From contig JAUXHN010000001.1 of NCBI GenBank assembly GCA_030621515.1, positions 1 through 62,370 of the forward strand: DNA of 62,370 bases, written 5' to 3'. Made by a program: the position numbers and the translations under genes. This document shows positions 54,201-61,726 of this stretch, one piece after another. The notes beneath the pieces are model-generated. The model saw only the letters and a list, made by a program, of their open reading frames with translations, made no database searches and was not told where the DNA came from. Within the stretch, counting starts at the first letter, position 1; each line of letters opens with the position of its first letter. Origin of the DNA: Deltaproteobacteria bacterium (GTDB lineage: Bacteria; Myxococcota_A; Polyangia; JAAYKL01).

Positions 54201-56808
54201 CTCGATCCGCATCTCCGATCTCCTCCTCGGCGATCCTCGCGACCCGCTGACGCATCGCAAGCTTCTCGCCGTCGTCTTCCATGTGCTCGAGGGTGACTTC
54301 CAGGACATTGGCCAGTTTGACCGGCTCCTTGCCGCTTTCCTCGAAGATGGGAATCAACTCCTGGGCCGCCTCCAGGTTCTTTCCGTCGAGATCGAGCACG
54401 GCCTCGTAGCATTTTGACGCCCGATCGATGCGTTCCTTCTTGTCTCTCCACAACTGAGCGATCTTGAACTGAAGACCGATCTTGTCTTCAACCTCCGCAC
54501 CCTTCTTGTCCGCCTCTCTCTCCAGCACGCGGATGAACTCGTCCCACTTGCCCGTGGAGCCGTAGAACTCCTCGAGTTCGTCCCACGCGCGCATCGCCAG
54601 GTAGCGTTTCTTGAGCTGTTCCTGCGCACGCCTGTCGTCCGGGTTGATCTCGATGAGCGACTTCCAGGCCTCCACTGCACGAGCGTCATCGCCTATCTTG
54701 TCGCCAAAAACCACTCCGAGCTTCTGGTAGATCGCGGCCTGCTCCGAGGTGTCGACAGCGATCTGCGCCTGCTTGCCGAGAACTCCGGTCAGCTTTTCCC
54801 ATTCCTTGGCGCGCTCGTACAGGCTCGCCAGATCTCCGAAAGCCTCGGCGTTTTCCGGATCTTCATCGAGAACCGCTTCCCACAGCTCGATGCAGATCGC
54901 AGGGCGCTTGAGTCGCTCGGTTGCCATCTTCGCGATGTCCACGAGAGCCTGGGATTTCTCCGGCCCCGGTTCCTGGGCCTCGGCCTCCTTCTTCATGATG
55001 CCGATCAATTTCTCCCAGTCGCGGCGCTTCTCGTACATTTCCTTGAGGAATTCGATGGCCTGTTCGTGATTGGGATCGGCGGCGATCACCTGCTCAAAGG
55101 CCTTGATGGCCTCGGCCTGGTTGGAGAATTTCTGAATGAACAGTTGGGCGACCTTGAGCCAGATACTGACCTTGTCCTCGTCGGTCTTTGCTTGCTCGCC
55201 TTTCACTTTGAGAATTTTCACCAGATCGGGCCAGCGTTCCATCGCCTCGTACTTATCGATGGCGGCGTCCAGGGCCGGCAGGTAACCCGGCTTGACCTTC
55301 AGAACAGCCTGGTACGTGTTGACCACCATCACGTCCTGATTGAGGTGCTCATCGTAGATCTTTGCCAGCGTCATCTGAGCGTTGACGGCGTACGCCTGAT
55401 TTTCCACTCCTCTGCTCTGCCGCTTGAGGAAATCGGCCATGGCCGACCACTTCCCGGTATCGGCATAGAGCAAAAGAAGCGCATCGATGATGTCCGGATG
55501 CCCCGGAGCCTTCGACCACGCATCCTGCCAGGCCTTGATCGCCTTGTCGGCGCTGTCTGCCTCCGCATCTCTCGCGGCCTGCATGGCCTCCTCCAGCTCT
55601 GAAGAAACGGTGCGATCCAGGGTCATCTCTTCCCCCGGTTCGTCTTCGCGCTCCTCATCGGTGTCTTCGCTATCCACCGAGCTGTCTTCCATGTCCTCGA
55701 CCTGGTCCTTGGGGTCCGATCCGGAATCGTTCTGCATCTCGTTCTCCTCGAAGAATCTCCCCGCTGCATCGTTCTCGGGGTCGATACGCCACAGTTCCTG
55801 GTAGTAACGCGCTGCATGTGATGGGTCCGCCAGTACAGTTCCCCACAGCCGCCCCGCCGCCTCGAGCAAATCTACCCGGCCCTCGCCCTGCGTCTGCTCC
55901 ATGCCGGCTTCCACAAGGTCGGCGGCCGCGCTGGTGTCGCCTTCCTCCAAATAGGTATCCAAAAGAAATCCAAGAATCCCCGGTTGGGTCGTGTCGGCGC
56001 GCCAGGCTTGATCGAGAAACGGTACCGCGCGCTGAACATTCCCGTGCCTCAGCAACCACCTCTGCCCGATCCTGGACATGAGACCGGAACGTTCTTGCGC
56101 GGATCTCGACTGCAGGACCTCGGCGTGAAACGCCGCCAGCCCCGCATCTCCCTCCTCCTCCATGAGCACCTGCTCCAGGACAAGGACGGCTCCTCGATGA
56201 TCGGGATCCGCGTGGACCGCACGGCGCAGCAACTCGGCCATCTTGTCGGAGCCGTTGGCTCGATGAAGCATGGCCGCCCTGAAGAACAGCTCGGCGCCGG
56301 CAGGTGTGTCGTCGGCACTATCCGCCAACTCCTGCGCACGAGTCTCCCATTCGTCGCCGGTTTCGAGATCCCGCAGGACATTGACTGCCCAATCGTTGTC
56401 CGGATCTCGTTCGATGATCTTCGCACATGTCTGCTGCAGTTCATCCTTTTTCCAGAAAATCAGGTTGAACTCCGATAAATCCCTGTACAGAGTCACCTGG
56501 CTCGCAGGGTTCTCCTCGATCTCGAGTTCAAGAACCAAAATTTTCTCGAGGGTCGGCAGTCGACCCATCTCCCAGTATATCCGTCGGGCCTCGCGCAACG
56601 CCTCCACCGCGTCGGCCTTGGCCTTGAATGCCTGCTGGTAATGAACGATGGCCTTCGCCTTCTGGAGAAACTTGTCTTCCCAGAGCTTCGCGACGGCCAT
56701 ATGCATCTCGCAGCACTCGGCCGGATCATCGAGACCCTCGATTTGTTCCTCCAGGTGAAGGATATAGTCCGTCCAGTTCTCGAAACCCTGATGTGGTCGC
56801 TTCGTCAT
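45283..56808 (-). CDS. Giant TPR-repeat protein (~3,840 aa) with non-TPR C-terminal domain
   Basis: Single uninterrupted ORF. Start set at ATG 56808 (MTKRPHQGFENW...), 24 nt after the upstream stop. About 45 occurrences of a ~72-76-aa double-hairpin module with signature 'A(I/V)xxYxx(I/V)Lx(I/L)DPx(N/H)xxALxxLExxY...W..L'. Acidic insert near aa 400. The last ~270 aa are non-repetitive. Confidence 0.85.
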   Translation of the reverse strand: MTKRPHQGFENWTDYILHLEEQIEGLDDPAECCEMHMAVAKLWEDKFLQKAKAIVHYQQAFKAKADAVEALREARRIYWEMGRLPTLEKILVLELEIEENPASQVTLYRDLSEFNLIFWKKDELQQTCAKIIERDPDNDWAVNVLRDLETGDEWETRAQELADSADDTPAGAELFFRAAMLHRANGSDKMAELLRRAVHADPDHRGAVLVLEQVLMEEEGDAGLAAFHAEVLQSRSAQERSGLMSRIGQRWLLRHGNVQRAVPFLDQAWRADTTQPGILGFLLDTYLEEGDTSAAADLVEAGMEQTQGEGRVDLLEAAGRLWGTVLADPSHAARYYQELWRIDPENDAAGRFFEENEMQNDSGSDPKDQVEDMEDSSVDSEDTDEEREDEPGEEMTLDRTVSSELEEAMQAARDAEADSADKAIKAWQDAWSKAPGHPDIIDALLLLYADTGKWSAMADFLKRQSRGVENQAYAVNAQMTLAKIYDEHLNQDVMVVNTYQAVLKVKPGYLPALDAAIDKYEAMERWPDLVKILKVKGEQAKTDEDKVSIWLKVAQLFIQKFSNQAEAIKAFEQVIAADPNHEQAIEFLKEMYEKRRDWEKLIGIMKKEAEAQEPGPEKSQALVDIAKMATERLKRPAICIELWEAVLDEDPENAEAFGDLASLYERAKEWEKLTGVLGKQAQIAVDTSEQAAIYQKLGVVFGDKIGDDARAVEAWKSLIEINPDDRRAQEQLKKRYLAMRAWDELEEFYGSTGKWDEFIRVLEREADKKGAEVEDKIGLQFKIAQLWRDKKERIDRASKCYEAVLDLDGKNLEAAQELIPIFEESGKEPVKLANVLEVTLEHMEDDGEKLAMRQRVARIAEEEIGDADRAFEGFLKAFEQMPADSITQDDLERSAGKAGRWEEVVEAYGKAFISVEDSDKFEMRLRLARVLNEEVGRPEDALSHYDSILLEDPKNPRAVWALEKIFAQMGRYEELLEIYAKRIEMAEDDEEKKEIFYNQALLWEEEIGDSDKAINVYNKIIEMAGDEPKVLAALDRLFTKEERWEDLSGIIDRELEQGVMGEDDELDLKFRLGQVLEVHLGDKARALNCYREVLAVKIDHEMSIAALEGLLEDESQQAEAASVLSPLYEEAEDWEDLIKSIEILFQHSDDDFEKIDYLMKKGTIFSQRIGSPERSFVAYSRAFKINPEQKEALEQMEEITAILDSWNDLVVLLEEGGQNAEDPEVGKDLWLRAARIHDTQLENVDNAIAAYNAALNLDQQNAEAIAALEQIYSRTEKWPELIEVLRSKVEATVDATEKEQIFRHMSMIFEEMLERPEDAVGCLKEILNIDPSNSNALQDLDKLYVQLEKWTDLADNLQQQLGLEGDPDRIVDLKLRLAGLRETRLDELHAAVEIYREIIEMDPQNQPAIDALERIIEVQEFRKEVAEILEPIYRTLGVWEKLIGVFEIMIAEEETIARKVDLLHEIAGLYETAGDEPEKAFKTLGRALAQDPSEERTREELDRLARVLVLYDDLVVIYASTIEGMDNMDLAADYHLKIAVICEEQLQNVDKAIEHYREVLAIDPMHIEAATSLEGAYQVTENYPELANIYLKKVEMVTDLEEQKGLLFKASQIYEEIIENTDQAISVYMRILDIDEDDLNAIAQLEGLYLRLERWDDLQGIYNRKVDLVSTPEEKKEVLYILGAMYEGEMSDIRKAIETYQRIIEFDPDDFQAIQRLDVLFTETEEWHDLLSVLEREVELTGDPDEAISYKYRIGELYVQHLEDIPRAVEYIKDILTISPQHEPSITILEELVAGEDEQLLAVEVLEPIYQDLAEWRKLIGVLEVKLMVTEDNWQRVEILHQIAEFLESDLHLDVPNEAFDIYARALAVDNVNEKTLERLDDIADQTGRWEDLANLFDQQLVDVVEAENAVTIGSRVAAIYEDKLDRPDDAIIRFQKVLEFDVENREAILRLDKLFQIAERWEDLASTLQKEALIMEDPEESLGVQFRLGRLYQQDLENVEKAVETYRDILAAEPAHDQSVAALELLFAEGERRGEIAEILEPLCRMNAEWEKLVNLHGQQLEDIEEVEERVSLMHRIAELYEERLLDGVEAFNWYCRACSEDPFNEHSGEEVERLAGSSDAWTELADLYQDLFTKKEDVQVKRFVAKKLARVAEEELHDAARAEQAYRGCLQLGGDDREVLSALDRIYTQYMEWERLVDILEMLANTVSSEEEQVAYIHRMGNVYESQLDEFEKARVAYHRIIDNLDPGHRESLDHLEMIYADREAWAELYTIYEKMKDAVESEAAQADLFAKMATISSDCLGNIAKSVELWSNVLDILGEDGMALGALADLYSREENWSELVDVLERAVTIADEDETRVKLYSQLGLVWGECLERDHNAIDNWQNVLSIDPDNISALQAIAKIHEANQEWEDLIEILDRVIEAGAAQFEAEQIKEYYSKMGTIFSDTLERPMDAIDAWVKAADVDPVDINPTIALEKLYEEQAMWEEYVEVLGRKGGLLEGDEQVGTWLGQALAIEEKLVEPLRAKGPYARILEMSPLHEHAFDRMVEIMTEEETWEELIKMYSTRLNYVAEPADEVVLLHKAAAIYEDKLDQTENAFEVMQRAFTTDYSNDETAKHLERLASVTDKWNDLLASCNQVLQSMDDKPTQINLCLKIGKWYADELGHPEYAIAYYQQVLQLESDNVAALKLMGELYRGTKQWAELVEVLKRAIESEQDDEGKKGILVELGQIFEEYLDDLPEARQAYKKALDIDPSLEPALIALERIFGAARNWRELIPILRRKIDVLEDPEAIVATHLRVAEIQEDNLNDTNAAIEEYRKSLEIDQSNLPSLKGLERLFSKIESWPDLLDILELQLEYAGSERERIDLLTRIAAMLEEEFVNLDKAVERLEEILDIDPSHESALQALERLYRQTGRWQDLIGTLERHVETIHDREARVVLYEVIGKTYFSELEDMDHAMDAYKEILDIEPEHESALDELAKLQTLTEDWSAAHDTLHRLAQTVVEPDRKVDLYYRLGKLNAENLMDRVSAVEHFRSALDIDSGHLPCLESLRNIHIDDGEWLAAARVLEAEQEFTENDRAKSKLQFILGDLTRNKLGEEDAGIEWFERSLQSDPDNQEAAEPLVDVYIKQERWEDAELMLDMLVRLGGKRESSEMQPLQRRLGMVADRRGNLEKSLKAYQSAYDMDTSHLPTLLGLADILYRMEDWDKTFKLYQMVLVHHRDDQGKEEIVNIFYRLGHIKAQIKERRKALNMFDKALEIDPSHEPTLEEVIGLHAEQKNFEQVIHFKKILIDAVQSDDHKFDLMVDIGDIWQERLKNPQKAISSYAEASELKPENRPVLHKMLPLYQTTKQWQKVVEIILKVTDMEQDDIKLGRLFYSMAVIYRDEIKSAEDAVDFFNRSLDASLENLKAFEAIDRILTQKKDWKNLERNYRKMLHRVGGGDKQELEINLWHFLGEIYRTRMGQLEAAAEAFKMAAGLDPDNMMRHEILAELYMKMPDKLDDAIAEHQALINKNPYRVDSYKALRKLYFDHRQYDKAWCLCSTLAFLKKADTEEQQFFEQYRTRGSVRAQARLDNERWIKDLFHKEESVYIGKIFELVTRSVRTIKVQPIKAFGLKKNQKRPVNDTLTFSKTFFYAAQVMNIPVVPDLYIQDDKPGGLNFAVTDPMASACGASLLSGYSPQDLLFMVTKHLAYYRPEHYIRWVLPTRGELKNLLLAAMKIGQPDFKLPKDKSGSLAQYVQALRQNLNPMETENLSKIVKKFINSGEQADLKVWIKTVEITACRAGFLLANDLETAAKMIQAETGGVEEIPAKEKIKELVLFSISEQYFKLRETLGIVIGT

Positions 56809-56831
56809 CTCTTCTAATTGCCTTCCGACCG

Positions 56832-57707
56832 CTACTGCATGGGCGATCCAACCGCTATCTCCGCCAGGCGCGCATTCGCCGCCGAGATATAGTCCATTCG
56901 CGTCTTTTGATTGGCGGTTTCGAGGAACTTCTCGAGCCATATTTTGGCGTTCTCTTTATTTGTGTATGAGTACGACCAGCCGAGGCTGAACATGGCATCT
57001 TCCATATCCGGCTTCATCTCGAGCGCCTGCCTGAACTCCACGACAGCCTTCTCGTACTCCTTTTTTTCGGAAAGGACCGTACCTAGCCTGTGATGCAACA
57101 CCGCCAACTCATCGCCGCGACCTTCGAGAGCCTTGATGCCCTCACGAAGCACCTGCTCCCCCTGCCCGAGGAAACTGTAATCCAGATACAGGGAACCGAG
57201 TTCGCGATAGGCGTCGAAGAATTTCCCGTTGACCTTCAATGAATCGGTGTACTTCTGCAACGCCTCCTCGGGGCGGTCCATCTCCTCGAGAACCCTGCCG
57301 AGGCGGTAGTGCGCCTTGTACAGTTTCGCATCGAGCTCAATGGTGCGCTTCAACTCCGTTTCTGATTGCTCGTACTGCCCCATCCATTGATATACCTCGC
57401 CGAGCTGATAGTGATATATCGCCAATTCGTCGTTGAGTGCGATGGCCTTCTGCAGGTGTCTGGCGGCCTGCTCGAACTCCTTGGTTTCGATATATACAAT
57501 CGCCAAATTGTGGTGCGCCTTCTCGTTTTCCGGATCGAGGCTCACGGCCTTGCTGCAATCCCTGATTGCCTGCGGAAATAGCTTCCTGCGATGGTACTCC
57601 ACACACTTGTTCATCATCTCGACTGAGTGGACGTGCTCGCGACTACATTTCCCACCAGTAAGCAGGGTAGCGAGTGCGCAAACAACCAAAATCAGCTTCT
57701 TACTCAT
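56832..57707 (-). CDS. TPR-repeat lipoprotein
   Basis: AGGAG RBS. MSKKLILVVCALATLLTGGKC lipobox. Canonical TPRs ('AHHNLAIVYIETKEFEQAARHLQKAIALNDE', 'AHYRLGRVLEEMDRPEEALQKY'). Confidence 0.75.
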   Translation of the reverse strand: MSKKLILVVCALATLLTGGKCSREHVHSVEMMNKCVEYHRRKLFPQAIRDCSKAVSLDPENEKAHHNLAIVYIETKEFEQAARHLQKAIALNDELAIYHYQLGEVYQWMGQYEQSETELKRTIELDAKLYKAHYRLGRVLEEMDRPEEALQKYTDSLKVNGKFFDAYRELGSLYLDYSFLGQGEQVLREGIKALEGRGDELAVLHHRLGTVLSEKKEYEKAVVEFRQALEMKPDMEDAMFSLGWSYSYTNKENAKIWLEKFLETANQKTRMDYISAANARLAEIAVGSPMQ

Positions 57708-57851
57708 GGAGTTGCTCCTGTTCTGTAGAGACACGTAATAGCAGGCAATTTTAGAGAATAGACGGGGGGATGTAAACCCCATCAAACGACGTTACGTACT
57801 ATTTTTTCAAAAACCAATCGAACCGTATTCTTTTTAACAAGAACAGCATCT

Positions 57852-58589
57852 TCATGAGCCCAGCTTCACTAGCTTTCCGCTCTTGTCCTGCTTGTATCCC
57901 CTGGGAAGGATCGCATCCACCTTCTTCTTGTATCCCTGAGTTCCCCATCCCAGATTCACGAACGCCTCGATGACCTGGTTGCGTACCCGGATGCTCTCGT
58001 CTTCGCACATGGTCTCCAGGAGGGGTTCCTTGGACAGCTCGTCTCCATGCTGCGCCAGAGCGATCACCGTCTGGAACCTGACGGTTTCGTCGACGTCCTT
58101 GAGAAAAGGAATCAACGCCTCGACGACTTCTTTGCCCGGAATCTCCGCGAGGGCCATGATGGTCTGGATCTTTCGGTCCGGATTTCTCTCATATTCCGTG
58201 TCGAACTCGCTCAGAACGTCCAGCATCTCCGTCTTGTAATCCTCCGGCGAAATGATGTTCCGCAACACTCGCTGCACCCAGTTGACCGACTCGGCGGATC
58301 GCAGCGCTCTGGAAATATGTTTGATCGCCGGCTGGCCGATCTCGATGAGCGCCTCACTTACCCACTCTTTCTCCTTCTCATCTTCGCTCGAGGGTTCCGC
58401 GTTGACCCCGAACCTGGCCAGCATTCCTCGTATGGCCGTCTCGTCCCCTTCCCTGGCGAAATCAATCACTTCGGCAAGGGCAATCTGGCGGTAGTCCTTG
58501 GGGGTGAACTTGTTGTTGGCTCGCTTGATACGTTTTTCGACCTTCCACAGGCGCCTCTTTTCTTTGGAGAAAAAATCTAAGATACCCAT
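57852..58589 (-). CDS. HEAT/PBS-lyase-like repeat protein
   Basis: Helical repeats 'VVEALIPFLKDVDETVRFQTVIALAQHGD' and 'ETMCEDESIRVRNQVIEAFVNLG'. Starts 9 nt after the upstream stop. Confidence 0.6.
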   Translation of the reverse strand: MGILDFFSKEKRRLWKVEKRIKRANNKFTPKDYRQIALAEVIDFAREGDETAIRGMLARFGVNAEPSSEDEKEKEWVSEALIEIGQPAIKHISRALRSAESVNWVQRVLRNIISPEDYKTEMLDVLSEFDTEYERNPDRKIQTIMALAEIPGKEVVEALIPFLKDVDETVRFQTVIALAQHGDELSKEPLLETMCEDESIRVRNQVIEAFVNLGWGTQGYKKKVDAILPRGYKQDKSGKLVKLGS

Positions 58590-58598
58590 GCTGAAGCC

Positions 58599-59825
58599 CT
58601 ACCCGTTTTCCGAACCGTTTTCTTGCTCTTCATCTTCACCCGTGAGAACGCCGATAAGCTGGTTGATCCTGTAACCCAGGCCGCCTACTTCCGCCGACTT
58701 GACGTCAAATCTGTACTCGAACTCGCCATTGATGACCTTGAGAAGACCTTCCTCAATCTCCACCACCGGCCGAAGGAAGTGTTTCCCGAGCAGCATACCA
58801 ACCACTATAACCAACAGCGACGCGATCCCCATCATGACGAGGACCAGGAACAGGCACGCTCGATGATCCGACGCGTCATCCACCGACCCCATGATCACGT
58901 TTGCAATTCGATCCTTTTTCTCCGAATTCATGGACGGCAAGACCATGGCAAGGTGATTCGCTCCCTCGATGTCGAGCGCGAAGACCTCCGAGGGACGACC
59001 GCTGCCGAGGGCGCCGGCGACCTTGTCGGAAGCTACATTCTTGAGCTGCTGATCGAGGCTCTGGCGTGCCGTGTCGGTCTCAAAAGAAGAGCTGTAAATA
59101 CTGTCCGCCACGAGCACTGCCACATCCAACCCGAGCTTCTCCTTCTTGATCTTTGCGACGCCGTTGGAGACCTCGAATCCGATGACCAGGGCTCCGGCCA
59201 CGTCATCCCCCACCCAGATGGGCGCGGCGGCCATCTCCAGTAGACCGCTGTTCATCAGGGCGCAGTACTTGTCATCCTTTGCGGCTGATTTGCCCAGGGG
59301 TGAGTTGTCGACGGACCACAGTGAGTAGGTGGCTTCCCCGTCCAGGGCTCTCTTTACCACCTTGATGGCGCCTGAGACATTTCTCCCCGCAGGGCATGCG
59401 TTGGGGGTTGTATTTCGGGCGATGACGACCCCGTTGCGATCGGTGATGAAAACCAGCTCCGGTTTCTTGTCTCCCCGCGCTACCCACAGCTCCGCATACA
59501 TCTCGACCGCCAGGACCCCTGCCCTGAACCATTCCTTCCTGATCTTGGATTCAATTTGTGCTTCGGTCTGGCCCTCTTCGGGTGCTATTTCCACAGGCGC
59601 GAACGCCTGGGTGACATCCTTGGTCATCGCCTGCTTGCGAACATCGAAAAGAAGTTCGTAACCACGAAGCGCCTCTGAACGAGCGAACAGGCTGCCGGTT
59701 GTTCGGAGCTGCTCCTCAATGCGCGTTATTGTGTTTTTTTCCATGTTGGAACTCATCACAAAATACGAAACCAGCCCGAAAACAAGGACCACCAAAAGAT
59801 TCGGCAGAATGATTTTTGCTCGCAT
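58599..59825 (-). CDS. Membrane sensor-like protein: periplasmic domain + TM + HAMP, no output domain
   Basis: Start ATG 59825 (MRAKIILPNLLVVLVFGLVSYFV). ~300-aa extracytoplasmic region, second TM (LFLVLVMMGIASLLVIVVGMLLG), HAMP 'FLRPVVEIEEGLLKVINGEFEYRFDVKSAEVGGLGYRINQLIGVL', then ~15 aa to the stop. Confidence 0.65.
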   Translation of the reverse strand: MRAKIILPNLLVVLVFGLVSYFVMSSNMEKNTITRIEEQLRTTGSLFARSEALRGYELLFDVRKQAMTKDVTQAFAPVEIAPEEGQTEAQIESKIRKEWFRAGVLAVEMYAELWVARGDKKPELVFITDRNGVVIARNTTPNACPAGRNVSGAIKVVKRALDGEATYSLWSVDNSPLGKSAAKDDKYCALMNSGLLEMAAAPIWVGDDVAGALVIGFEVSNGVAKIKKEKLGLDVAVLVADSIYSSSFETDTARQSLDQQLKNVASDKVAGALGSGRPSEVFALDIEGANHLAMVLPSMNSEKKDRIANVIMGSVDDASDHRACLFLVLVMMGIASLLVIVVGMLLGKHFLRPVVEIEEGLLKVINGEFEYRFDVKSAEVGGLGYRINQLIGVLTGEDEEQENGSENG

Positions 59826-59952
59826 AGGGTAATCCCCTTCTTCCCGGGTCTCCGCGACCCCCATTCTTTCTGATTTCTGGTTGTGATTCCGAGTAAAATT
59901 GCCTATCACCAGCTAGTGATCAAGTCAAGGTTGAGAGACGGAAGGAGATGTG

Positions 59953-60999
59953 ATGAACGCTGCTTTTTTGTTTGACGAAAGCTTCAAGAACCATGCTTGC
60001 CAGCACTACCATCCGGAGCGTCCGGAGCGATTGGACGCAGTGGTGGAAGGCCTCGAAAAATCAAAAGCGTGGGGACCGGCGTACCGCGTGGAACCCAGAC
60101 CGGCAAACGACGGGGAACTGGAGCGCGTACACGACCCGGGTTACGTGGAAACGACAAAGAAAACCCTGGAGAACCGGAGCGGCGGGAACCTAGATCCCGA
60201 CACTTTCTTTTCCGAGGGAACCCGGCATGCCGCTCTTTGCGCCGCCGGAGGGGGAATAGACCTGGTGACAGCGGTCCACGAAAGGAAGGCAGAATGGGGA
60301 TGGGCCATTGTGCGCCCTCCGGGCCATCACGCGAGCATCTCGGCGCCCGGCGGTTTTTGTATCTTCAACAATATCGCAGTGGCTGCGGCATCCCTGCTCG
60401 CGAGGGAAGATGTCGAACGCGTGGCCATCTTCGATTGGGACGTTCATCACGGAAACGGCACTCAGGACCAATTCTGGGATAATCCCGACCTCCTCTTCAT
60501 GTCCATGCACCAGTGGCCTCATTATCCCGGCTCCGGATTGTCGGATCAGATCGGCGGTTCACAAGCCCGAGGCAAGACCGTAAACTTTCCGTTCCCCGCA
60601 GGAATGAGGGACGGTGATTTTCTTGCTGTAATCGATGATGTGCTCACGCCCATGCTCGGTTCATTCCGGCCGGACCATATCCTGGTGAGCGCGGGCTTCG
60701 ACACCCACAGAAACGACCCACTGAGCGGCATGGAAGCGACCAGCGAGTGCTTCGGCCGGATGGCGGCAAGGATCAAGGGCCTGGCAGACGAGATCTGCAA
60801 AGGACGCCTGACTCTCTTTCTCGAAGGAGGATACGATCTGGATGCACTTACGTCTTCGGCGAGTTTCGTGGTACGGGGCATCGACGGAACCCTTGAAGAT
60901 CACAGCATTACTCGGGAATCCACCCCTAGCTCTGCGGGTAGTGAGATAATCAAATCGACTCTGAATGAGGTTGTGCCTCATTGGCCGGATATATTTTAG
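59953..60999 (+). CDS. Histone deacetylase-family (AcuC/HDAC-like) deacetylase
   Basis: 'HPERPERL', 'VRPPGHHA', 'FDWDVHHGNGTQ', 'VSAGFDTH', 'LEGGYD'. Confidence 0.9.
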   Translation: MNAAFLFDESFKNHACQHYHPERPERLDAVVEGLEKSKAWGPAYRVEPRPANDGELERVHDPGYVETTKKTLENRSGGNLDPDTFFSEGTRHAALCAAGGGIDLVTAVHERKAEWGWAIVRPPGHHASISAPGGFCIFNNIAVAAASLLAREDVERVAIFDWDVHHGNGTQDQFWDNPDLLFMSMHQWPHYPGSGLSDQIGGSQARGKTVNFPFPAGMRDGDFLAVIDDVLTPMLGSFRPDHILVSAGFDTHRNDPLSGMEATSECFGRMAARIKGLADEICKGRLTLFLEGGYDLDALTSSASFVVRGIDGTLEDHSITRESTPSSAGSEIIKSTLNEVVPHWPDIF

Positions 61000-61159
61000 A
61001 CACAACTTTATGGATTAGCGCATATCCCCTTGTACATACTTGCTTTTCTCCCCATGTGACAGAATTTTCGACAAGAACGACAAATTGGGATAATGACAAA
61101 TACCCGGCAATTAATGTAAAGTGATTGCCTTCGGATTTGCATTTTAGAAGGAGTTGTTG

Positions 61160-61720
61160 ATGATCAAGTTTCTACTCGAAAAATTCAGGCAAGCTCCGGG
61201 CCCCATGAAGCAACCTCGACTGATTGTCGCCGATCTCGCCGAGGAAGCGCTCGACCTGTTGACCGTATACCTCAAGAAGGAGCAGGCGGCCGGCGGAACG
61301 GATCAACACGTGGAAACGGCGTACCCGGCGCCGCCCTCACCTGCGAAAAGCGACTCCGACGCGACGGCGGAGAAATCCGGGACCGACCCGGACAGGCCCG
61401 GATCGGATCTCGAACTGGATCCCAGACTGGCGCTAGCCATCGAAGCGACCGGCAACAGGCGAAAACAGGAGTTCAAGGTGCTGGCGATCCTCTGGGATGC
61501 AAAGGAGCGCAACAATGCTCCGATGTCGGCAAAGGCCATTTCCCAGCACGGGGTCGAGATGGGTCTCTCCATCCGCCACGAGAACGTTCGCAAGGTCATC
61601 CGCATGCGTCTTGACAAATATGTGGACGTGCATGCGGAAGGAGTGGGAAGCGGCACAATTTATCGCTACAGGATTTCGGCGGACGGTATCAAGTACTTCA
61701 CAATGGGTTACTTTAAATAG
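61160..61720 (+). CDS. Hypothetical protein with C-terminal winged-helix-like region
   Basis: AAGGAG 6 nt before ATG 61160. The C-terminal 'FKVLAILWDAKERNNAPMSAKAISQHGVEMGLSIRHENVRKVIRMRL...GTIYRYRI' looks wHTH-like. Confidence 0.45.
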   Translation: MIKFLLEKFRQAPGPMKQPRLIVADLAEEALDLLTVYLKKEQAAGGTDQHVETAYPAPPSPAKSDSDATAEKSGTDPDRPGSDLELDPRLALAIEATGNRRKQEFKVLAILWDAKERNNAPMSAKAISQHGVEMGLSIRHENVRKVIRMRLDKYVDVHAEGVGSGTIYRYRISADGIKYFTMGYFK

Positions 61721-61726
61721 AACAAA

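Noticed and set aside
45320-56969. Dozens of 60-350-aa plus-strand ORFs inside the giant TPR gene (e.g. 52417..53481, 53509..54417)
   Set aside because: These are shadow ORFs. The antisense of Glu/Leu/Asp-rich TPR coding sequence stays open by chance. There are no motifs, and they are Leu/Val/Gln/His-rich repeats of the antisense pattern.
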